From: Eledone cirrhosa
Taxonomy: Eukaryota
Length of the DNA: 64,000 nucleotides
Direction of reading: 5' to 3'
NCBI GenBank assembly: GCA_964016885.1
Contig: OZ024762.1
Span: 16,244,001-16,308,000, forward strand
The notes beneath the pieces are model-generated. The model saw nothing but the letters and a program-made list of their open reading frames with translations. It had not been told where the DNA came from and made no database searches. Of this stretch, positions 29,055 through 42,284 are shown one piece after another. The position numbers and the translations under genes are program-made. Each line of letters begins with the position of its first letter. Positions within the stretch are counted from its first letter, which is position 1.

Positions 29055-29194
29055 TTCTCTCTAATATAGACACAAGTTGACTACATGAACCTCAGTAATT
29101 TACTGGTATTTTAGTTTATAGACATCCATAAGGATGAAAGGCAAATTAACCTCAGTGGAAATTTAAAAATCAGAATATTAAAGATTTGAAAGTA

Positions 29195-29690
29195 AATACT
29201 GTTTTATATTTTTCAAGAATGTCTTACCAATGTGGTTTGTTAGTTCAAATGATTATAGTATCTTTACTAGAGAACAGATTGTTGCAAAAAATTGCATTGT
29301 TAGAGTAAAGACTTTGATATTTAATGTGATAGTTATAGTGCTGTTTTGTATTTTTAAAAAGTGTCTTGCTAATGTGGTTTGTAAATTCAAATGCTTATAG
29401 TATTTTTATTAGTTGACAGATTGTTGCGAAAATTTGCAATATTAGCGTAAAGACTTTAATATTCAATGTCCTGCAATCACAGTGTTGTTTTGTACTTTTC
29501 AAGAATGTCTTGCTAATGTGGCTTTATGTGGTTTGTAAATGCAAATGTTTATAGTATCTTTACTGGAGGACAGATTGTTGTGAAAATTTGCTGTGTCAGT
29601 GTTAAGACTTTAACTTTAAATGTTATGTAGTCATAGTGTTGTTTTGTATTTTTCGAATAGTGTCTTGCTAATGTGGTTTCATGTGGTACA
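29195..29690. repeat. Diverged ~145-bp tandem repeat, about 3.4 copies
   Basis: ttttcaagaatgtcttgctaatgtgg-like motif at ~29211, 29352, 29497, 29650. Confidence 0.85.
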
Positions 29691-29751
29691 GGACGTTAAG
29701 AGTTAAAATGTAATAAAAAGTAACAATATAAACCAGAAATGGAAAAATTAC

Positions 29752-29831
29752 CTGACGGTGGCGCTGAGTAAAAGACTGCTCTGGGGTAGAATGAGGGAAT
29801 CAGGGGAGGCCAAATAATTGTCAAATTTACT
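29752..29831 (-). CDS. COG6: COG6 exon 18 (SKFDNYLASPDSLILPQSSLLLSATV)
   Basis: cag/gtaatt boundaries, homology. Confidence 0.95.
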
Positions 29832-29954
29832 CTGGAAAGAGAGAAAGAGAGTGTGTATGAGTAAAAAAAGAGGTGGGGAAGAGAGTATATGAGGATAGAG
29901 AAGGGGAAAGATAGTGTGTGAAGAGAGAGTGTATATATATATATATATATATAC

Positions 29955-30430
29955 AGCGTGAGATCAGTGTGGAAGTCAGGCCTTTGTAAAGACCTGAAGA
30001 TCCGCCTCTTCATTGCTGTAGTGGAGTCTGTGCTGCTGTACGGGTCTCAGACTTGGACACTGACCAAGAAACTCACTCAGATGGTGGATGGGTGCTACAC
30101 GAGGATGGCTCTGAACATTAATCAGTATACACTGAGGATGAAAAACCCAGAGCTGTACGGGAGCCTCCCAAGAGTCAGCTTGAGAGTAGCACAGAGGAGA
30201 TTGAGGTTAGCTGGACATGCTCACCGACATCCAGAGTTGACATTGCACTCAGTGCTCCTGTGGGAGCCCCTGCATGGACACCTGGAAGAGGAAGACCGAG
30301 GTTAACATATGTTGATGCCCTAAGGACAGACACTGGTCTCTTGAAGACGCAGGACATGGCAGCGATAATGAGGGACAGAGACCGCTGGAGAGAACTTGTC
30401 CATGGATCTCGGGAATTTTATCCGCCCTAG
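29955..30430 (+). mobile_element. RTE-type LINE 3' remnant (family 2)
   Basis: LKIRLFIAVVESVLLYGSQTWTLTK...RRLRLAGHAHRH, frameshifted RGRPRLTYVD. Confidence 0.88.
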
Positions 30431-30588
30431 ACATATATATATATAGAGAGAGAGAAAGGTTTAAAGAGTGTGTCTGAGTATATATATACATATATATATA
30501 TATAGAGAGAGAGAGGTTTAAAGAGTGTGTCTGAGTACATATATATATATATATATATAGAGAGAGAGGTTTAAAGAGTGTGTCTGAG

Positions 30589-30619
<31 letters not shown>

Positions 30620-30642
30620 GTTTAAAGAGTGTGTCTGAGTAC

Positions 30643-30688
<46 letters not shown>

Positions 30689-30708
30689 GTTTAAAGAGTG
30701 TGTCTGAG

Positions 30709-30739
<31 letters not shown>

Positions 30740-30845
30740 GTTTAAAGAGTATATGAGTATATATATATAAAGAGTGTCTGAGTGTGTTATATATATATAT
30801 AGTATATGAGGAGAGAGAGAGGGGAAAAAGAGGTGAACTAGTTAC

Positions 30846-30899
30846 CATAGCAGATTTCAAGGCTGTCGATTCCATTCCTTCTAAAGCTGAGACTTCTCC
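30846..30899 (-). CDS. COG6: COG6 exon 17 (GEVSALEGMESTALKSAM)
   Basis: cag/gtaact boundaries, homology. Confidence 0.93.
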
Positions 30900-31548
30900 C
30901 TGAAAAAATACAAACAAAAAGATGTAAAGAAATGTACCTTTATATCATCATCATCATCATCGTTTAACATCCATCTTCAACGCGGGTTGGACGTATATAC
31001 TCAAATATAAGCTGACCCCACCCCACAATATAACCCCACCCCACAATATAACCCACCCCACAATATAACCCCACCCCACAATATAAGCCCACCCCACAAT
31101 ATAAGCCACCCCACCCCACAATATAAGCCGACCCCTCTATTTTATGTAGAATTTGAAGTTGGTGAAAATCCTCAAAATATTGACCCTGTCCCCTTCTACC
31201 ATTGATGTTTTGGTCACATATTCCTCGGTTTATATTCAAGTGTATATGGTAATTATTAGGCTCAACAATAGCTTCTATTCCCTTCTCCTCCATCACGTTA
31301 AGCTATTAATTTCCTCCACATTGATTTCCATCTCATATCTTACTTTCATCCTTCCTCAACACATGACCCAACCGTCTCATTCTATTTCTCTTCACAACAT
31401 TCAACATTCATCACTGACTCTATTCCTATCATTCAGTTACTTCCATCCTTCCTTAACACATCACCGAAGGGGCTCTTTACCTTTATATATATATATATAT
31501 TTATATGTATATATATATATATACACACACAAATATATATATACACAC

Positions 31549-31587
<39 letters not shown>

Positions 31588-31823
31588 AATATATATATAT
31601 ATATACACACAAATATATATATATATACACACACAAATATATATATACACACACAAATATATATATATATATACACACAAATATATATATTTTTATACAC
31701 ACAAATATATATATTTTTATACACACAAATATATATATATATACACACACAAATATATATCTACACACTCACAAATATATATATATATATACACACACAA
31801 TATATATATATATACACACACAA

Positions 31824-31854
<31 letters not shown>

Positions 31855-31855
31855 A

Positions 31856-31886
<31 letters not shown>

Positions 31887-32290
31887 AATACATATATATA
31901 TTCACACACACACAAATATATATATATTCATACACCCCCGTCCCACTACCCCACCCCATCCACACCACCCCTTTCAATGTAAAGTTATGTTGGTGCCACA
32001 ACATCCAGGCCGAAACAAATGAGGTCGTGTAGGTGTCACGACAGAAAAACACACAGTCCACGCTGTAATGTGGCCGTGTAGGCAACACGGTAAAAACCTC
32101 CCAGTCCCACACTGTAAATGAGGTTGGTTGTTAGGAAGGGCATCCAGCTGTAGAAATCAAGCCAGAATCAGTTCCCGTCCCACCCTTGCAAGCAGGGAAA
32201 AGTGGACGTAAAATGAAATGATGATGATGATATATATATAGAGAGAGAGAGAAGGAAAGAAAGGTAATTTAGAAAGATGATAACACCTAC

Positions 32291-32398
32291 CTGGCTTGGC
32301 TCATAGCTTTGTATGGTGCTGTAAACCTGAGAAAGTTCAACTCGGTTCAGGATGAAAGCCGCCTGTTCACTGACCAGTGTATCGACTTGGGCATCAAT
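32291..32398 (-). CDS. COG6: COG6 exon 16 (IDAQVDTLVSEQAAFIL...YEPSQ)
   Basis: cag/gtaggt boundaries, homology. Confidence 0.95.
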
Positions 32399-32654
32399 CT
32401 GAAATATTTGAAACAAAGTAAAATAAAATAGATTGGTTTAAAATGTAGTTTGGCATTGTCCCTTTTCATTATAGACAGGTTGAAATACATTCAGTACACA
32501 CCACTGTCCCCTACCTTCATGACTTGTGGGAGCAGAGTCCTCAGACTTACCTTTCTCAGGATCTTATCAGAAGTAACTGTCCCCAACTGATCTGACTGGA
32601 TCCCCAACTGAGCTCATGGATGTTATCCAACCCTTTTTAACCTCTGGGTCTCCT

Positions 32655-34534
32655 GCCTGTTGGCTTTACCTGTAAAATCGTTTCTACGACACACACACTC
32701 CTGTTCATTGACTTTACCTGCAAAAATTGTTTCTACAAAATACAGACACACTCCTTCCTGTTGGCTTTACATGTAAAATCATTCCAACAACACATACACA
32801 CACCTGCTTATTGGCTTTACCTGTAAAATCATTCCAACAACACACACACACACCTGCTTATTGGCTTTACCTGTAAAATCATTCCAACAACACACACACA
32901 CACCTGCTTATTGGCTTTACCTGTAAAATCATTCCAACAACACATACACACACCTGCTTATTGGCTTTACCTGTAAAATCTGTCCTATTACACACACAGT
33001 TCTTCTTTTTGCCCACCTATACCTGAGAATATATTCCTTACTTTACCTGTAAAATCCTTCCTATGACACACACACAGTTCTTCTTTGCCCACCTATACCT
33101 GAGAATATATTCCTTACTTTACCTGTAAAATCCTTCCTATGACACACACACAGTTCTTCTTTGCCCACCTATACCTGAGAATATATTCCTTACTTTACCT
33201 GTAAAATCCTTCCTATGACACACACACACAGTTCTTCTTTGCCCACCTATACCTGAGAATATATTCCTTACTTTACCTGTAAAATCCTTCCTATGACACA
33301 CACACACAGTTCTTCTTTGCCCACCTATACCTGAGAATATATTCCTTACTTTACCTGTAAAATCCTTCCTATGACACACACACACAGTTCTTCTTTGCCC
33401 ACCTATACCTGAGAATATATTCCTTATTTTACCTGTAAAATTGTTCCTATGACACACACAGTTCTTCTTCTTTGCCCACCTATACCTGAGAATATATTCC
33501 TTACTTTACCTGTAAAATCCTTCCTATGACACACACACACAGTTCTTCTTTGCCCACCTATACCTGAGAATATATTCCTTACTTTACCTGTAAAATCCTT
33601 CCTATGACACACACACACAGTTCTTCTTTGCCCACCTATACCTGAGAATATATTCCTTACTTTACCTGTAAAATCCTTCCTATGACACACACACACAGTT
33701 CTTCTTTGCCCACCTATACCTGAGAATATATTCCTTATTTTACCTGTAAAATTGTTCCTATGACACACACAGTTCTTCTTCTTTGCCCACCTATACCTGA
33801 GAATATATTCCTTACTTTACCTGTAAAATCCTTCCTATGACACACACACACAGTTCTTCTTTGCCCACCTATACCTGAGAATATATTCCTTACTTTACCT
33901 GTAAAATCCTTCCTATGACACACACACACAGTTCTTCTTTGCCCACCTATACCTGAGAATATATTCCTTATTTTACCTGTAAAATTGTTCCTATGACACA
34001 CACAGTTCTTCTTCTTTGCCCACCTATACCTGAGAATATATTCCTTACTTTACCTGTAAAATCCTTCCTATGACACACACACACAGTTCTTCTTTGCCCA
34101 CCTATACCTGAGAATATATTCCTTATTTTACCTGTAAAATTGTTCCTATGACACACACAGTTCTTCTTCTTTGCCCACCTATACCTGAGAATATATTCCT
34201 TACTTTACCTGTAAAATCCTTCCTATGACACACACACAGTTCTTCTTTGCCCACCTATACCTGAGAATATATTCCTTACTTTACCTGTAAAATCCTTCCT
34301 ATGACACACACACACAGTTCTTCTTTGCCCACCTATACCTGAGAATATATTCCTTATTTTACCTGTAAAATTGTTCCTATGACACACACAGTTCTTCTTC
34401 TTTGCCCACCTATACCTGAGAATATATTCTTTACTTTACCTGTAAAATCCTTCCTACAACACACATAGTTTTTCTTCTTTGCCCACCTACACCTGAGAAT
34501 ACATTCCTTCTTTTACCTGTAAAATCAGTCCGAT

Positions 34535-34571
<37 letters not shown>

Positions 34572-34600
34572 CTTTGCCCACCTATACCTGAAAATATCCT
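32655..34600. repeat. ~78-bp tandem satellite (~20 copies, 32985-34600) plus a related ~50-bp array (32655-32985)
   Basis: Unit ttcttctttgcccacctatacctgagaatatattccttactttacctgtaaaatccttcctatgacacacacacacag. Confidence 0.95.
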
Positions 34601-34607
34601 CCCTTAC

Positions 34608-34775
34608 CTGAGCCTGCAACATCTCCAATCTACTGTCAGTGAAATGGTAGACAGCGAGAGCGTTCTGGATGAGGTATATACAGTTGGTCATATAAGCTGC
34701 CATATCAACAGTATTTAATCTACTGGCAGACACCGAACACATCTGTAGAACTGGGTCAACTACGCAGGACAGAAC
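34608..34775 (-). CDS. COG6: COG6 exon 15 ([18 protein letters not shown]...RLEMLQAQ)
   Basis: cag/gtaagg boundaries, homology. Confidence 0.96.
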
Positions 34776-35188
34776 CTGAGAAAGCAAACACAAACAACAT
34801 ATATGTATATATCATCATCAGCATCATCATCGTATATATACACTCACACACACACACGCACACACACATATATATATATGCACGCACTCACTCACACATA
34901 TATATATATATGCACACTCACACATACATATATGCACTCACAGACGCATACATATATATATATATATGCACTCACACACACATACATATATATATGCACT
35001 CACACACGCATATAGATATATGCATTCACACACATATATATATATGCACTCACTCACATGCATATATATATATGCACTCACAGACACACACACATATATA
35101 TATACTCACACATACACATACATATATATATGCACTCACACATACATATATATATATATGCACTCACGCACACATATATATATGCACT

Positions 35189-35224
<36 letters not shown>

Positions 35225-35588
35225 TGCACTCACACATACATATATATATATATGCACTCACACACACATATATATATGCACTCACACACACATACATATA
35301 TATATATGTATATATATATGCACACACTCACACACACACATATATATATATGCACACACTCACACATACACATACATATATATATAAAAGCAGACGTAAA
35401 ATGAAATGATGATGAATGATGATATATATGCACTCACAGACACACACTCACACATATATATATATTCCAACTGTGGAATATATACAATATATCATGTTTC
35501 GTGTACGATATACAGCTCTTTCTCTCTCTATCATCATATAAACATATATATCTTTACATTTGGTTATACATGTATATATGTATAACCA

Positions 35589-36262
35589 AGAAAAGGAACT
35601 GGCATAAATTCTATAAAATCCACACAATGCAGATCCTGGGTACACAAGAGATGTAGTGGCATAGCAAGCAAACTAACAGGTAGGGAGAAATACGTATGCA
35701 GTAGATGTACAGTGAAATTAGACAGTAGAAGTCGCATTGATAGACACATTTTTCAAATGCAGACGGGTGCTATAGAAGTGGTGGATAGCTTCTGGTACCT
35801 AGGAGATCAGATTAGCATGGGAGGGGGGTGTTCCGAGGCCATAGTATCTAGAATAAGGACGGGTTGGAAGAAGTTTAGGGAGCTGCTTCCTCTGCTGACG
35901 AAGAAGGGTTTCTCTCTGCGTACGAAAGGCCGGTTATATGATGCCCGTGTGAGGAGCGCGATGCTGCATGGTAGTGAGACATGGGCAGCAACTGCAGAGG
36001 ATATGCAACGGCTGGAGAGAAATGAAGCAAGCATGCTCCGTTGCATGATCAATGTCAATGTGCGTGAACGACCCAGAATGTAATGTGCGAGAGAGGAGAC
36101 TGCGGTGGTATGGAGGACGACCGATGGGTGAAGAAGTGCCAGGAAATGCCAGTTGAAGGAAGACGTGGTAGAGGTAGACCACGAAAAACATGGGCAGAGA
36201 TGGTGAGAACAGACCTCAGATCACTGAAGTTCACGGTGGAGATGACGTCCCACCCTTGCAAG
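35589..36262 (+). mobile_element. RTE LINE 3' fragment (family 1), tail-to-tail with the next copy
   Basis: VDSFWYLGD...SAMLHGSETW...GRRGRGRPRKTW with deletions. Confidence 0.9.
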
Positions 36263-38372
36263 AGTAGGACGGGTCTTATTCAGCACAGCATCTCTCCACT
36301 CGTCACGCTCCTTCGTCATCTCCACCGTGAGTTTCAACGATCTGAGGTCTGTTCTCACCACTTCCGCCCATGTTTTTCGTGGTCTACCTCTACCACGTCT
36401 TCCTTCAACTGGCATTTCATGGCACTTCTTCACCCATCGGTCATCCTCCATGCGCACCACATGTCCATACCACCTCAGTCTCCTCTCCCGTACACTACAT
36501 TCTATCCTTCTCAGACACAGTTTCCCTCTCAACACATTCATGCTGGGTCGTTCACGCATATTTACACTGCACATCCAACGGAGCATGCTTGCCTCATTTC
36601 TCTCCAGCCGTTGCATATCCTCTGCAGTTGCTGCCCATGTTTCACTACCATGCAGCATCGCGCTCCTCACACAGGCATCATACAACCGGCCTTTCGTACG
36701 CAGGGAGAAACCCTTCTTCGTCAGCAGAGGAAGCAGTTGCCTAAACTTCTTCCAACCCGTCCTTATTCTAGATACTATGGCTTCGGAACACCCTCCTCCC
36801 ATGCTAATCTGATCCACCACTTCTATAGCGCCCTCCTGCATTTGAAAAATGTGTCTATCAATGCAACTTCTACTGTCTAATTTTACTGTACATCTACTGC
36901 ATACATATTTCTCCCTACCTGTTAGTTTGCCTGCTATCCCGCTACATCTCTTGTGTACCCATGATCTGCATTGTGTGCATTTTATAGAATTTATGCCAAT
37001 TCCTTTTCTGCATATCGAACATGGCCATTTCCCTGACGGAATCAGAGTTTTGTCCTCTTTTCTACTCATAAACACTTTTGTCTTAGCTAGGTTCACTCTC
37101 AGCCCTCTTGTTTCCAACTGCTGTTTCCATAGCCAGAATTTATTCTCTAGCTCCTCTACTGATTCTGCTATAAGAACCAGATCGTCAGCATAGAGAAGTT
37201 CCCATGGACAGCCAGTCTTAAACTCCTCTGTTATAGCTTGGAGGACTATAATGAACAAGAGTGGGCTGAGGACCGAACCTTGATGTACTCCTACTTGTAT
37301 TTGGAATTCCTCACTAAACTCCATTCCTACCCTGACTTTACTGAGAGTACCTCTGTACAAAGTTTGCACTGTCCTCACAAGCCATTCCTCAACACCTAGC
37401 TTCCTTAGGGATCACCAGATGACAGATCGGGGTACCCTATCAAAGGCCTTCTCTAGGTCAACAAAAGCTAAGTATAGTGGCTTATTTTTCTCTAAGAACC
37501 TCTCTTGCAATTGTCTCACCAAGAAGAGGGCATCTGTTGTACTCTTCCCAGGCACAAAACCAAACTGCATCTCATCTAGTTTGACCCTTTCTCTAATTAG
37601 TTGTGCTAATATCATTTCTGCCACTTTCATAACCTGATCTATCAGTTTTATACCCCTATAATTGCTCCTCTCCAGAGCATCCCCTTTACCTTTGTAGCAA
37701 TTTATGAGAATACTGCTGCACCAGTCTTTGGGTATGACACCACCATATATAGCCTGATTGAAGATGCGTGCAACCAGTTTAGTGCCTACGTCCCCTGATG
37801 CCTTCAGCATCTCAGCAACTATTCCCGATGGTCCAGCAGCCTTACCATTTTTCATTTCCTTAATCGCCTTTTGGACCCTATATTCGTCAATCTCAATAGC
37901 TGGTCCCTCTATCGGATCTAGTAAGGGTAATTTCTCTCTCACCCAATCGTTCTCCACATTCATCAGCCTCTCATAATGACATTTCCAGGCCTCCTTTTTC
38001 TGATCATTGATGACACTAAGTACACCGGTATCATCCCGGACACATTTATCTCCAACAACATCCTGATTTGCATTGACACACTGCCTTGCAATGTGGAACA
38101 CCGCACGCCTCTGATCTTCCCGTCGCAGAACATTGGCAAACCTCCTACTCTCCGCCTCCCTGCGTGCTAAGTACACCTGACGTCTAGCTTCTCTCTTAGC
38201 GGCTGTATATTCTTCCCTACTCCCACCCTTTTTCCAAGCCTACCATGCTAGTCTTTTGTCTCTAATGGCCTTATCTACTGTGCTGTTCCACCACCAGGTC
38301 ACTCTCTGTCTAGTTGGAGCTCTGCTCCAGCCACAAGTTTCATCAGTAGCCTGCAGCAAGTTGTCACGTAAG
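36255..38372 (-). mobile_element. 5'-truncated RTE-clade LINE; RT domain with in-frame stops at ~38240 and ~37412
   Basis: TWWWN, KAAGPSGI, NYRGIKL, QFGFVPGKST, FVDLEKAFDRV, GVHQGSVLSPLLF, LLYADD, Cys-rich CSIC..CTQC..WVHKRC insert, GRRGRGRPRKTW. Confidence 0.95.
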
Positions 38373-38460
38373 AAATTATATATATATAGAAAATATATAT
38401 ATATATATATAAAATTAATTATATATATATATATATATATATTTATTAAAATAATGACAA

Positions 38461-38587
38461 TGTTCCACATTGCAAGGCAGTGTGTCAATGCAAATCAGGA
38501 TGTTGTTGGAGATAAATGTGTCCGGGATGATACCGGTGTACTTAGTGTCATCAATGATCAGAAAAAGAAGGCCTGGAAATGTCATTA
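38461..38587 (+). repeat. Inverted duplicate of LINE segment 37974-38100
   Basis: Near-identical reverse complement. Confidence 0.9.
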
Positions 38588-38722
38588 AGCAGCGATTCTT
38601 TGCTTAAACTTTAATCTGTTATTTTAATAAATATTTGCTCTACGGTTCTTATATATTTGATATATATTTTCCTTATCGAGCCCTCTTTGGATTTTAGTCT
38701 TCAATTTTATTATTATTACTAT
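38587..38722 (+). mobile_element. 3' end of a (TA)n-associated repeat (family B, probable Penelope-like tail)
   Basis: Other copies at 47322-47553, 57140-57232 and 60195-60352, all abutting TA-rich tracts. Confidence 0.65.
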
Positions 38723-38866
38723 ATATATATATATATATATATGTAGGAGGTGAGTTTTATTGTAGTACAATAAAGCAATGCAGATATCGGATAAGAAGCA
38801 CTCTACAGTTTGTGGGACTGGAGTATGCATAATATAAGATCAAAAGATGGTTAAAGGAGTTCAATA

Positions 38867-38937
38867 TATTTTATTATGCGCATTTCAAAAACAAACATCA
38901 TCAAACAATAATATTTGTGTTTTCATCAGATAAAACA
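38867..38937 (-). ncRNA. Type I hammerhead ribozyme (left arm of the giant palindrome)
   Basis: Reverse complement of 42184-42254. Confidence 0.85.
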
Positions 38938-40163
38938 GGAGAACATGATATGAAGGCTAAAAAAACACTTGTTGATAGTGCAGTTTTAAATCAACATATG
39001 AAAAGTGGTTTTAGATTGATGTGTGATATTGGGAAAAATATTTTATTTAGAGAGGGGGGGAGAGAAAAGGATGAAAAGGGAAGGAGATGAGAGGGAGAGA
39101 TGGGTGATAGAGAGAAAGAGATAGTTTTTATAACAGAGAGGAGATATATTTTATATAGAGGGGTTGAAAGCCGTTGGAAGATACTGTATAAATTAAAAAT
39201 TTTTGAAAATTAACGAAGGGAGGATATGTGCGAGGAAAAAATATATTATATTTAGGGAGGGGTGGGGGTGGAAAGGATGAAAAAAAGGGGAGGAGATGAG
39301 AGTGAAGGTGGAAAGGGAGAGATGGGTGATAGAGAGAAAGAGATAGTTTTTATAACTGAGAAAAAGATATAATGTTTTAATATAGAGAGGTTGGGAACCG
39401 TTGGAAGATAATGTATAAATTAAAGGAATTTGAAAATTAACGAAGGGAAATTATGTATGGAGATAGAGAGAAAAAAATAACGAAGGGAGATTATGTATGG
39501 AGATAGAGAGAAAAGAATAATAATTGTGGGTGAATATTCAAAAGGAGAAATGTAGGAATCTTAAAATTAGCAAAGAGAAAATGTTTATGTATAGGATTTG
39601 AGAAAAAATGTGAAGTTAAAGTTTTTATATTGAATTCATATGTATTAATAATGAGTTCGTTGATGGGGAGAAAAAAATAATAATAAAATTAAGGATGAAA
39701 TTGAGATTAAAAAGATTTATGATAGAGAGAAAAAATAATAATGATTGCGGATGAATACTCAAAATGTCAAAAACAAATGTTATTGTTTTACGAAGAGATG
39801 TAATGAGGGTGATGAGTAAACGGGTATTATAGAGTGTATAATGCCCTTTAAAGTAAGGTAGATGGGTATATTTTAAAGAATATATGAGTATATATTAAAA
39901 AAAATATATAATAATAAATTAAGGATGAAATTGAGATTAAAAAGATTTATGATAGAGGGAAAAAAAATAATGATTGCGGATGAATATTCAAAATGTCAAA
40001 AACAAATGTTATTGTTTTACGAGAAGATAGGATGAGGTAAATGAATAAACGAGTACTATAGAGTGTATAATGCCCTTTAAAGTAAGGTAGATGGGTATAT
40101 TTTAAAGAGGTGTATGTATATGTGCCTTTGAGAAAAGATTCTAAATTGATAAAGAATTGAATA

Positions 40164-40559
40164 TTAACTGTATACTTTGTGAAAAGTTCTATGGAATTTA
40201 TGGAGGCAGATGGAAAACAAATCCGAGCGTCTATTTATTATGGATTCTAGGTTAGAGATAATGGTAAATTTTTCATTTAGGCAGAGATTACAGATTTTAG
40301 ATAGAGAACTGTTCAAGTACGAGGATGCAGAAGAAATCTTTTTCCAAAAGATGTTATATTTAATGTTTTTGTCTTTTAAGGACCATATGAGTTCTGAGAG
40401 AGCAGTGTTAGTTCTTTTAAGTTTGTATTTGAAAGATGAATGATGATTATAGAGACGAGCTTTAAAAGAGGTGGAAGTGGAGCCAAAATAGGTGAAGGAG
40501 TTGGTGCTAGTTATAATTTTACATTCATAAATTAAGTTTTTATCGAGGCAATGGTTGTT
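40164..40559 (-). pseudogene. GIY-YIG endonuclease C-terminal fragment (mirror copy)
   Basis: Reverse complement of 40562-40957. Confidence 0.85.
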
Positions 40560-40561
40560 TC

Positions 40562-40957
40562 AACAACCATTGCCTCGATAAAAACTTAATTTATGAATGT
40601 AAAATTATAACTAGCACCAACTCCTTCACCTATTTTGGCTCCACTTCCACCTCTTTTAAAGCTCGTCTCTATAATCATCATTCATCTTTCAAATACAAAC
40701 TTAAAAGAACTAACACTGCTCTCTCAGAACTCATATGGTCCTTAAAAGACAAAAACATTAAATATAACATCTTTTGGAAAAAGATTTCTTCTGCATCCTC
40801 GTACTTGAACAGTTCTCTATCTAAAATCTGTAATCTCTGCCTAAATGAAAAATTTACCATTATCTCTAACCTAGAATCCATAATAAATAGACGCTCGGAT
40901 TTGTTTTCCATCTGCCTCCATAAATTCCATAGAACTTTTCACAAAGTATACAGTTAA
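40562..40957 (+). pseudogene. Penelope-like GIY-YIG endonuclease C-terminal fragment, 131 aa open frame with no start codon
   Basis: NNHCLDKNLIYECKIITSTNSFTYFGSTSTSFKARLYNHHSSF...TALSELIWSLK...CNLCLNEK...NRRSDLFSICLH...* (LIY..YFG, R..H, E, N pattern). Confidence 0.85.
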
Positions 40958-42183
40958 TATTCAATTCTTTATCAATTTAGAATCTTTTCTCAAAGGCACA
41001 TATACATACACCTCTTTAAAATATACCCATCTACCTTACTTTAAAGGGCATTATACACTCTATAGTACTCGTTTATTCATTTACCTCATCCTATCTTCTC
41101 GTAAAACAATAACATTTGTTTTTGACATTTTGAATATTCATCCGCAATCATTATTTTTTTTCCCTCTATCATAAATCTTTTTAATCTCAATTTCATCCTT
41201 AATTTATTATTATATATTTTTTTTAATATATACTCATATATTCTTTAAAATATACCCATCTACCTTACTTTAAAGGGCATTATACACTCTATAATACCCG
41301 TTTACTCATCACCCTCATTACATCTCTTCGTAAAACAATAACATTTGTTTTTGACATTTTGAGTATTCATCCGCAATCATTATTATTTTTTCTCTCTATC
41401 ATAAATCTTTTTAATCTCAATTTCATCCTTAATTTTATTATTATTTTTTTCTCCCCATCAACGAACTCATTATTAATACATATGAATTCAATATAAAAAC
41501 TTTAACTTCACATTTTTTCTCAAATCCTATACATAAACATTTTCTCTTTGCTAATTTTAAGATTCCTACATTTCTCCTTTTGAATATTCACCCACAATTA
41601 TTATTCTTTTCTCTCTATCTCCATACATAATCTCCCTTCGTTATTTTTTTCTCTCTATCTCCATACATAATTTCCCTTCGTTAATTTTCAAATTCCTTTA
41701 ATTTATACATTATCTTCCAACGGTTCCCAACCTCTCTATATTAAAACATTATATCTTTTTCTCAGTTATAAAAACTATCTCTTTCTCTCTATCACCCATC
41801 TCTCCCTTTCCACCTTCACTCTCATCTCCTCCCCTTTTTTTCATCCTTTCCACCCCCACCCCTCCCTAAATATAATATATTTTTTCCTCGCACATATCCT
41901 CCCTTCGTTAATTTTCAAAAATTTTTAATTTATACAGTATCTTCCAACGGCTTTCAACCCCTCTATATAAAATATATCTCCTCTCTGTTATAAAAACTAT
42001 CTCTTTCTCTCTATCACCCATCTCTCCCTCTCATCTCCTTCCCTTTTCATCCTTTTCTCTCCCCCCCTCTCTAAATAAAATATTTTTCCCAATATCACAC
42101 ATCAATCTAAAACCACTTTTCATATGTTGATTTAAAACTGCACTATCAACAAGTGTTTTTTTAGCCTTCATATCATGTTCTCC

Positions 42184-42254
42184 TGTTTTATCTGATGAAA
42201 ACACAAATATTATTGTTTGATGATGTTTGTTTTTGAAATGCGCATAATAAAATA
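42184..42254 (+). ncRNA. Type I hammerhead ribozyme (right arm of the giant palindrome)
   Basis: TGTTTTAT-CTGATGA(42192)-long stem II-GAAA-TGCGCA-TA^ATAAAATA; predicted cleavage after 42246. Confidence 0.85.
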
Positions 42255-42284
42255 TATTGAACTCCTTTAACCATCTTTTGATCT

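Noticed and set aside
36221-38488. Active autonomous LINE
   Set aside because: 5'-truncated with no endonuclease domain, two in-frame stops, an internal deletion and no 3' tail
40210-40911. Twin 77-aa ORFs MENKSERLF... in the track
   Set aside because: Antisense shadows of the GIY-YIG frame; they are identical only because of the palindrome
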